Source: an uncultured Geitlerinema sp. | GTDB lineage: Bacteria > Cyanobacteriota > Cyanobacteriia > Cyanobacteriales > PCC-9228 | Length of the DNA stretch: 32,000 bases | Direction of reading: 5' to 3' | Assembly (NCBI GenBank): GCA_964477525.1 | Contig: CAYZHY010000014.1 | Span: 9,501-41,500 of the forward strand | Part shown: positions 9,844 through 16,201 of the stretch, piece by piece | Position numbering within the stretch: position 1 is the stretch's first letter | Layout: every line of letters starts with the position of its first letter | The notes under the pieces: model-generated | What the model was told of the DNA's origin: nothing | Seen by the model: only the letters and a program-made list of their open reading frames with translations | Databases searched by the model: none | Position numbers and translations under genes: made by a program

Positions 9844-10829
9844 AGCTTCGTGCCTCCTAATGCCTGCATGCGAGCGCGAATGGCGTGCCAAATATGGCCG
9901 GCTAAGAAAACAGCCGCCAAAGCTATATGGGCTGTCGCCAGCCAAGTGCGTGCGGTTACCGTACCGGATGCCTCTTGCAAGCCGACGGGGCCGTAAAAGA
10001 CTTCTGGATAGGCAAAGTCGTTGACAGTAACGAAATAAGCTGCCAAAACACCCATATAAGCCAAAGCGCCCAAACTATAGGAAAGATACGCTTCCCCGGA
10101 CCACACGAACAGACGTTTGGCCCAACCAAAGGGTTTGCTGGCGATATGCCATAAGCCGCCAACAACGCAGAGAAAGCCGATCCAAGCGTGACCGCCAACG
10201 AGGTCTTCTAGGTTGTGGACCGCTGCCATACCGGCGGTGCCTTGACTGCCCACCAGATAGCCGAAAATCCGAGCTGGGTTGAAGGTGGGTTGGGTGACCA
10301 CCCGTACTGCTTCTGCATTGGGGTCGTACAAACCGCCCCAAAACATGGCTTTGGTGACCAGCAACCAAGCACCCAGTCCCAGCAAAACTAGGTGAATGCC
10401 CAGAATGGTGGTCATTTTGTTGGTATCCTGCCAGCTGTAGCCGAAAAAGCCAGCAAAGGTATCGTCTCGCGACAGTACCCGCGGACCGAAAACGGCGTGG
10501 TAAATGCCACCAGCGCCCAAGACGGCAGAACCAACTAGATGCAAAATGCCAATGACGAAGAAGGGATAGGTATCTGCAATTTCTCCGCCGTCAGCAACAC
10601 CCAATCCTAGGGTGGCTAGATGCGGCAGCAGAATCAATCCTTGTTCGTACATGGGTTGTGCTGGGTTGTATTGGGCGAGTTCGAAGAGGGTAAAGGAACC
10701 TGCCCAAAAGGTGATTAAACCGCTGTGTGCGACGTGCGCGCCCAACAGTTTGCCCGATAAATCTGTAAAGCGAGCGTTCCCTGCCCACCAACCGTAGTTG
10801 GATTGCGAAGGTAACGTGGTTGTACTCAT
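9840..10829 (-). CDS. CP43'/IsiA-family chlorophyll-binding protein (first gene of cluster)
   Basis: Start trimmed to [21 protein letters not shown] (ATG 10829-10827), preceded by GAGGAGG. 329 aa. Closest by eye to the N-terminal part of the fusion gene ([31 protein letters not shown]). Confidence 0.88.
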   Translation of the reverse strand: MSTTTLPSQSNYGWWAGNARFTDLSGKLLGAHVAHSGLITFWAGSFTLFELAQYNPAQPMYEQGLILLPHLATLGLGVADGGEIADTYPFFVIGILHLVGSAVLGAGGIYHAVFGPRVLSRDDTFAGFFGYSWQDTNKMTTILGIHLVLLGLGAWLLVTKAMFWGGLYDPNAEAVRVVTQPTFNPARIFGYLVGSQGTAGMAAVHNLEDLVGGHAWIGFLCVVGGLWHIASKPFGWAKRLFVWSGEAYLSYSLGALAYMGVLAAYFVTVNDFAYPEVFYGPVGLQEASGTVTARTWLATAHIALAAVFLAGHIWHAIRARMQALGGTKL

Positions 10830-10857
10830 GGATGAGGACCTCCTCAACGGTGGCTCA

Positions 10858-10880
10858 TTGTTGAAAAAAATATTCAACAA
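10858..10880. promoter_or_regulatory. perfect palindrome TTGTTGAA-N7-TTCAACAA in the leader of the IsiA-like operon
   Basis: Read directly. 8-bp arms with a 7-nt A/T spacer, 29-51 nt upstream of the first ATG. Could be an operator or a 5'-UTR hairpin. Confidence 0.3.
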
Positions 10881-10928
10881 CCTTGGGTATCCATTCAAAC
10901 TTTATTGGCAAAAATTTGCAAGTGGTTT

Positions 10929-10946
10929 TGAGTAAAGTTTTGTAAA
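10929..10946 (-). promoter_or_regulatory. HLR1-like direct repeat (candidate RpaB-type site)
   Basis: The minus strand reads TTTACAAA-AC-TTTACTCA. The HLR1 pattern is (G/T)TTACA(T/A)(T/A)-N2-(G/T)TTACA(T/A)(T/A); the first half matches 8/8 and the second 6/8. About 100-117 nt upstream of the operon ATG. Confidence 0.3.
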
Positions 10947-10974
10947 AATTCTCCCAGAAAGCCAGGTGTTTGTG

Positions 10975-11001
10975 TAGGGGCGCAACGCGCGATCGCCCCT
11001 A
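10975..11001. repeat. hairpin repeat, GTAGGGG..CCCCTA family (contains a HIP1 site)
   Basis: taggggcg-caacgcgcgat-cgccccta: 8-bp stem. Lies between the Crp-family gene and the IsiA-like operon. Confidence 0.5.
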
Positions 11002-11117
11002 ACAGGGCAATTGAGACATTTTAGACAATCGTTGTTTTTCAGAACTGGTGTAATACCAAATCCGTCCTGCGAAGACCCGAAAAAATTTACCACATTCGAC
11101 CTGCAGTCTTCTTCGGT

Positions 11118-11168
11118 CTCCTCCCACTCCTCCCACTCCTCCCACTCCTCCCACTCCTCCCACTCCTC
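11118..11168. repeat. 9-nt tandem repeat CTCCTCCCA (minus strand TGGGAGGAG), about 5.7 copies
   Basis: Read directly: five perfect units at 11118-11162 plus a partial unit. Begins 5 nt downstream of the Crp-family stop codon (11174-11176). Confidence 0.92.
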
Positions 11169-11173
11169 GTTTT

Positions 11174-11824
11174 CTAGGATTCGGCAATGCTAGGAAAATG
11201 CTTTTTGACAATCATACGCCGCTGCTGGTCAAAACTGAGAATGCCTTGGTCTTGGAATTTGCCCATCAGGCGAGTGATGGTAACGCGGCTGGTACTGATG
11301 GCGTTGGCGAGTTCTTGGTGGGTGAGGCGAATGCCAATTCGGATGCCTTGGGGGGTGGTTTCTCCCATTTCCTGTTGCAGCCATTGCAGCAGTTGTTGCA
11401 AACGTGTTTCAACACGACGTTGCCCCGCGATCGCTAACAATGCCTCGACTTGCTGCAGTCGCCGGTTGATTTGCGGCAGGAGTTGCTGCGCTAGAGTCGG
11501 TGAAGATTCGATGTCGGTCATGGAATACCAAGTTAAATAGACATCTGACTGAGCTTTGACTTGATAGGTGGGTAAGGAGGTCAACCAAGATCCAAAACAC
11601 AAATTAGGACCAACCCAACCAACCAAGCCTTCGTTTCCATTTAAATAAAATGTACTTACCTGCACGTATCCCTCACAAACCTGCCAGATGCCGCAATGCT
11701 TGCTGGTGATGGGTTGCCCCTTGCGATAAAAAAAACAGCGGGTTTTGGTCAAGCGATCGCGAAGCGTCGGGGAACGAGAGTCGCGGTGCTGGGTTGCTTG
11801 CCATAGCGATGTGGTGGCGCTCAT
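11174..11824 (-). CDS. Crp/Fnr-family transcriptional regulator
   Basis: 216 aa. N-terminal beta-roll effector-like region and C-terminal HTH LTHQELANAISTSRVTITRLMGKFQDQGIL. GAGGAG lies 10 nt upstream of the ATG. Confidence 0.82.
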   Translation of the reverse strand: MSATTSLWQATQHRDSRSPTLRDRLTKTRCFFYRKGQPITSKHCGIWQVCEGYVQVSTFYLNGNEGLVGWVGPNLCFGSWLTSLPTYQVKAQSDVYLTWYSMTDIESSPTLAQQLLPQINRRLQQVEALLAIAGQRRVETRLQQLLQWLQQEMGETTPQGIRIGIRLTHQELANAISTSRVTITRLMGKFQDQGILSFDQQRRMIVKKHFPSIAES

Positions 11825-11901
11825 TTGCTGGAATCTCCTCAGCGAATGGTTGTTCGGACTTGTATGGTTGGATTTTGTTGCAACTCATCTTCAACAATTA
11901 A

Positions 11902-11930
11902 ATTATAATTTTATTAAAAATAATTTGCAA
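11902..11930 (-). promoter_or_regulatory. sigma70-type promoter candidate for the Crp-family gene
   Basis: The minus strand reads TTGCAA (11930-11925), a 17-nt spacer, then TATAAT (11907-11902). The -10 lies inside the 10-bp palindrome AATTATAATT (11901-11910), about 78 nt upstream of the ATG. Confidence 0.45.
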
Positions 11931-12073
11931 TTTTGTAATCAGCCATGGGGTCTTCTATCTTCGGGCGCCAAGCGGTGTTTTGTGTCCATCATCCCTGGAT
12001 TATGGGGGATTTGAATTTTATACATATTTTGTCTGTATCTATCTTTGTGGCATTTTATTGCAAATAAAATCAA

Positions 12074-12103
12074 TTGTTGTCTGGCGACATCGACGGTTAT
12101 AAT
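12074..12103 (+). promoter_or_regulatory. promoter candidate (TTGTTG-N18-TATAAT) directed toward the 12543 gene
   Basis: Consensus -10 TATAAT at 12098-12103. The -35 TTGTTG at 12074-12079 is weak. The Fur box begins 3 nt downstream of the -10. Confidence 0.4.
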
Positions 12104-12105
12104 AT

Positions 12106-12124
12106 GATAGAGATAATCATTATC
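12106..12124. promoter_or_regulatory. Fur box (17/19 match to GATAATGATAATCATTATC)
   Basis: GATAGAGATAATCATTATC read directly. It is embedded in a larger inverted repeat, TAATATGATA (12100-12109) / TATCATATTA (12121-12130). Confidence 0.6.
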
Positions 12125-12370
12125 ATATTAATTCGTTCGGAGTTGGTTGGCAAGGGTAAATAGCGATCGCCGTTGTGGATTTCGTATCGTGGTTGACAAA
12201 GCCAGCTTGGATCGTACAAAGTACAAAAAAGTAACGCTCTGTAGGCGTTGGCAAATCCCCCCATAACTGTAGTCAATTCTACATTCAAAATTAAAAAAGA
12301 CCCCAGCAGGTAAATAAGTAGAATTACTTAATATGTTAGATTGAGCCCACCTTTCCAATGACTGGTAGCT

Positions 12371-12408
12371 GCGATGGTGCCTTGGGCACCGGTCCTTCGG
12401 ACCATCGC
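12371..12408 (+). other. compact two-hairpin RNA structure in the long leader (terminator or attenuator candidate)
   Basis: Closing stem GCGAT...ATCGC enclosing GTGCC-TTG-GGCAC and GGTCC-TTC-GGACC, followed by GTTTCATTCT. About 135 nt upstream of the 12543 ATG. Confidence 0.35.
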
Positions 12409-12542
12409 GTTTCATTCTATAATCGTTTGCCCGTTATATAACCAATTGAACAACTTTACGTACGAACAATTGATAAATCTTGCCAGCCAACGCCATCGGA
12501 ATACTTCTCCATTCCGTTGTTGTTAATTTCCGTTGACCCAAA

Positions 12543-15191
12543 ATGCCTGATACCTCCATTCCTCTCTATCCCGAACCTGCCAAAGTTCCCTCCGAACCCT
12601 ACGAATACCTAGAGTACGAAAACTGGCTTGCCTTTCACCGGGTTTGGGGCAAAATGAACGACGATACCATAAATGCGATCGCCCGTCACCTACAAGTTTT
12701 GCCCATCCCTGCCCACACCCCTATTTATCAAGAAAACCAAACCCCCCAAGGCATTTATTTTCTCAAATGGGGAACCGTGGAAATTTACCGCCAATCCCCC
12801 GTGGGTAAAAGCCACATCACCTATCGCAACGCCGGAGAAGTCTTTGGCTATTTGCCCCTGGTAAGCAACCAATGGCAGCATAAATATCAAGCCAATGCGA
12901 TCGCACTCACCAGTAGCGAAGTTTGGTTTCTCCATCGGGATACCCTCCAAACCCTCACCCAACAATATCCCGACCTACAGCAAGCCATTACCAGCCTATT
13001 AGTACAAGATTTAGAGCGATTTACCGAACGAATCGCCAGCGAACAAGCCAGAATCCAGGGATTGCAACCTTACCTGCAACCCCTGCCCCACCAAGAACGC
13101 ATCGTTGGTTCTAGCAAACCCAGCCAAAAACTCGCCAAATCCGTCGAAACCGCCAGTCAAGACCAAAAACCCATTGTTTTCCAAGCCCAACGCGGTACCG
13201 GCAAAACCTTTATCGCCGGCTTAATCCACCAAAAATCTTCCCTGCAAAACCAACCCTTCGCCGAAATTGACTGCGCCACCCTGGTTCGCGAAGCAGGAGG
13301 TACCATCAACAGCGATCGCATTTTTGGCAGCGGCGAACACACCATTGGTATCCTAGAACTAGTCGAACGCGGCACCCTCGCCATCGACAACGTGCATTTG
13401 CTCAGCAAATCCGACCGCGAACGGCTATTTGAATACCTAAAAACCGGCACCATCTACCGCAACCATGCCACCACCCCGCGACAAATCTCCGTTCGCCTGA
13501 TTCTGATAGCCCCGCAAAAACTAGATCTCCCCGATATCGACCACCACACCATCAAACTCCCGCCCCTCACACAACGCAAAGCCGATATTGGCGAATTTGC
13601 CCGTCACTTCCTCCGTAAGTTTTGCCAAGAAAGCGATCGCCCCTTCCTCGAACTCGACCAAGCCGACCTGCGGCGCTTAATTAGCTACAACTACCCCGGC
13701 AACATCGCCGAACTCGCCGCCATCCTCGAACGCGCCGTCGCCATGACCCCAAGCGGGCAAACCGTCATCCCCGAACAAGTCTTGTGGTCGGTAGAATCCC
13801 AGAAAAACAGCTTTCGCATCGACCTACTCAACTTTATCCCCGGCTTGCGCAAATTCCTCCTCAGCGACTGGTGGCCCCAGCGTACCTGGATTTTGATGAT
13901 GCTTGTCTTTGTTCCCGTCACCCTTATGGGCTTCATCGGACCGCAAGAGCGCGGCGAGAGCATCACTTTACACTTATTTTGGGCGTGGTGGTGGCCTTTT
14001 TACTTACTCTTATTTCCCATTTTAGGGCGTTTGTGGTGTTCCGTATGTCCATTTATGATAACTGCTGAATGGTTGCGCAACCTTTCCTTGTGGATATTCC
14101 CCCGTTCCCTGAAACCCTGGAACACCAAAGCCTTAAATCGTTGGGGCGCTTGGTGGCTTTGGGCAGGATTCGTCGCCATTTACATCTGGGAAAAACTCTG
14201 GGATTTGCCCCACAGCGCCTACCTCTCCGCCTGGCTGTTAATGATTATCACCGGCGGTGCCATTATCTTTAGCCTAATTTACGAACGTCGCCTGTGGTGC
14301 CGCTACCTGTGCCCCATCGGCGGCATGAACGGGTTATTTGCCAAACTCTCCGTTGTGGAATTGCGATCGACCCAACAAGTGTGTGGCAGTCAGTGCAGTA
14401 CCTTTGGCTGCTACAAAGGCAGCGATGCCACCCCGGTGAACTTTTCCGATCCTTTGCCCACCGAAGGGCAAGCCACCGGCGGCTGCCCCCTCTATTCCCA
14501 TCCCGCGCAATTAAAAGACAATCGCGATTGCATGTTCTGCATGACCTGTTTGAAAGCCTGCCCCAATCGTTCCGTACAGCTAAACCTACGCTTTCCCGCC
14601 GCCGATATTCTAGAAAATCACCAGCCGTTTTGGGCAGAAGTGGCGTTGCTGGTGCTATTGCTGGGTGGCGTTTTCATGCACCAAGGCAATAAATTTCTCA
14701 GTTGGTTTGGTTGGGGCGATATTCCCTTGGATTCGGAACATTTGCTGGTTTCTTTGCCAGTGGTATCCCTGCTGTTAAGTATTCCCTTTGTGTTAACCTA
14801 TGGAATCCACCAACTGACGCGCTTGTGGATGCGTTTGGTCTTTCCTAGCGGGCAACAGACATTTCCCGAGTATCTTCAGGTTATTTATGCCTATTTGCCT
14901 CTCACCCTGGGTGCCAATTTGGCATACTATATCCCCACCGCGATTACCGAGTCGGGAACGCTTTTGCCCACATTGGCGCGTACGGCTGGCTTTAGCGGTG
15001 GGATGCTGCCGACACTAACCTGGAGTTTGGATGTAGCCAATTTTTTGCAAGGTGTAGTGCTGTTGTGGTCTTTTGGGTTTAGCGTTTATCTGCTATCGGG
15101 GATTACCAAGCGGTTTGTGAAAGCCAATCTTCCCCATATTTTGTTGATGTTGGGGTTGACGGTGGTTTTCTTTCCGTTGATGGTCCTGTAA
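12543..15191 (+). CDS. fusion protein: cNMP-binding domain + degenerate sigma54-interaction (NtrC-type AAA+) domain + membrane polyferredoxin (NapH/NosR-like 4Fe-4S) domain
   Basis: 882 aa. cNMP/CRP-like beta-roll at about aa 45-150. AAA+ module at aa 186-405 (IVGSS.., Walker A RGTGKT, GTLAIDNV, PPLTQRKADIGEFARHFL, YPGNIAELAAILERA). At least 6 hydrophobic helices follow. Cys motifs: CSVCPF, CRYLCPIGG, CGSQCSTFGC, CMFCMTCLKACP. Confidence 0.82.
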   Translation: MPDTSIPLYPEPAKVPSEPYEYLEYENWLAFHRVWGKMNDDTINAIARHLQVLPIPAHTPIYQENQTPQGIYFLKWGTVEIYRQSPVGKSHITYRNAGEVFGYLPLVSNQWQHKYQANAIALTSSEVWFLHRDTLQTLTQQYPDLQQAITSLLVQDLERFTERIASEQARIQGLQPYLQPLPHQERIVGSSKPSQKLAKSVETASQDQKPIVFQAQRGTGKTFIAGLIHQKSSLQNQPFAEIDCATLVREAGGTINSDRIFGSGEHTIGILELVERGTLAIDNVHLLSKSDRERLFEYLKTGTIYRNHATTPRQISVRLILIAPQKLDLPDIDHHTIKLPPLTQRKADIGEFARHFLRKFCQESDRPFLELDQADLRRLISYNYPGNIAELAAILERAVAMTPSGQTVIPEQVLWSVESQKNSFRIDLLNFIPGLRKFLLSDWWPQRTWILMMLVFVPVTLMGFIGPQERGESITLHLFWAWWWPFYLLLFPILGRLWCSVCPFMITAEWLRNLSLWIFPRSLKPWNTKALNRWGAWWLWAGFVAIYIWEKLWDLPHSAYLSAWLLMIITGGAIIFSLIYERRLWCRYLCPIGGMNGLFAKLSVVELRSTQQVCGSQCSTFGCYKGSDATPVNFSDPLPTEGQATGGCPLYSHPAQLKDNRDCMFCMTCLKACPNRSVQLNLRFPAADILENHQPFWAEVALLVLLLGGVFMHQGNKFLSWFGWGDIPLDSEHLLVSLPVVSLLLSIPFVLTYGIHQLTRLWMRLVFPSGQQTFPEYLQVIYAYLPLTLGANLAYYIPTAITESGTLLPTLARTAGFSGGMLPTLTWSLDVANFLQGVVLLWSFGFSVYLLSGITKRFVKANLPHILLMLGLTVVFFPLMVL

Positions 15192-15229
15192 AAACAAAAA
15201 ACTGCTATATATCAATTAGGGAAACAAAC

Positions 15230-16192
15230 ATGCAAATTTACAACAATATTACCGAAATTATCGGGCGTACGCCCCTGGTTCGCCTCAACAAATTGCCCCA
15301 ACAGTACGATTGCGTGGCGGAAATTGTACTGAAGCTGGAAAGTTTCAATCCGGCGAAGTCAGTGAAAGACCGTATTGCGATTAGTATGGTTGCGGAAGCG
15401 GAACGCAGTGGGTTAATCGAACCGGGCAAATCCACGATTGTTGAGTCTACTTCCGGCAATACGGGGATTGGTTTGGCGATGGTTTGTGCGGCGAAGGGAT
15501 ATCGCACGATTTTGACGATGCCGGAGAATATGAGTCGGGAACGCATGCAGCTGTTGCAAGCCTATGGGGCGGAAATTGATACGACGCCGGCGAAGTTAGA
15601 TATAGCAGGAGCGATCGCGCGGGCTAACGAACTTTTGGCAACGATTCCCAATTCGTTTTCTCCCCAACAGTTTAGCAATCCCGCCAATCCCAAAATTCAC
15701 TATACCACAACGGGGGTGGAACTTTGGCAGGATACCGATGGCGATTTGGATGCTGTGGTATTGGGTGTGGGCACTGGCGGTACGCTAACGGGGGCAGGAC
15801 GTTATTTGAAACAGAAAAAAAACGATTTGCAATTAATTGCAGTGGAACCGGCGTTGAGTCCGGTTTTGAGCGGCGGTTGTTCCCAGATCCACAATTTACA
15901 GGGGATTGGCGCTGGGTTTGTTCCCGATGTTTTGCGGGTGGATTTGATTGATGAAATTGTTACCGTCAGTGAAGAGCAAGCCTATAAAGTAGGGCGAGAA
16001 CTGGCTAAAGAGGAAGGAATCCTAAGTGGCATTTCTACGGGGGCAGCCGTCTACGCTGCTTTGCAATTAGCACAGAAAGCCAAATGGACGGGAAAACGGC
16101 TGGTGGTTATTCAACCTAGTGGCGGCGAACGGTATTTGAGTACTCCCTTGTTTGCGGAAACCAGCGAAAATGCAGAAATTCCGGTTTCTTAG
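15230..16192 (+). CDS. cysK: cysteine synthase A (O-acetylserine sulfhydrylase)
   Basis: 320 aa. PLP-lysine block NPAKSVKDR, TSGNTG loop and GVGTGGTLTG phosphate-binding loop. Confidence 0.88.
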   Translation: MQIYNNITEIIGRTPLVRLNKLPQQYDCVAEIVLKLESFNPAKSVKDRIAISMVAEAERSGLIEPGKSTIVESTSGNTGIGLAMVCAAKGYRTILTMPENMSRERMQLLQAYGAEIDTTPAKLDIAGAIARANELLATIPNSFSPQQFSNPANPKIHYTTTGVELWQDTDGDLDAVVLGVGTGGTLTGAGRYLKQKKNDLQLIAVEPALSPVLSGGCSQIHNLQGIGAGFVPDVLRVDLIDEIVTVSEEQAYKVGRELAKEEGILSGISTGAAVYAALQLAQKAKWTGKRLVVIQPSGGERYLSTPLFAETSENAEIPVS

Positions 16193-16201
16193 ATTGCTTG
16201 T

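Noticed and set aside
9844-9945. 5' extensions of track ORFs. The other extensions are 10830-10898, 7222-7305, 18937-19035, 24135-24287, 26151-26252, 27510-27617 and 29944-29997.
   Set aside because: In each case an internal start matches the conserved family N-terminus and/or has a GGAG-type SD. The extension would overlap the upstream gene or promoter DNA.
10932-10945. NtcA-type site search (GTA-N8-TAC), prompted by the NtcA-like recognition helix of the Crp-family protein
   Set aside because: Only GTA-N8-TAA variants were found, here and at 12221-12234. No canonical GTA-N8-TAC occurs in the two adjacent intergenic regions, so no site is claimed.
10999-11211. ORFs encoding GVGGVGGVGG (minus) and SHSSHSSHS (plus, 11011-11193)
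   Set aside because: They are translations of the 9-nt tandem repeat at 11118-11168. They overlap the Crp-family gene end and have no start context.
12128-12415. 95-aa minus-strand ORF in the Fur-box leader region
   Set aside because: It has no RBS and an odd composition, and it runs through the hairpin element. The region is better explained as non-coding leader or sRNA.
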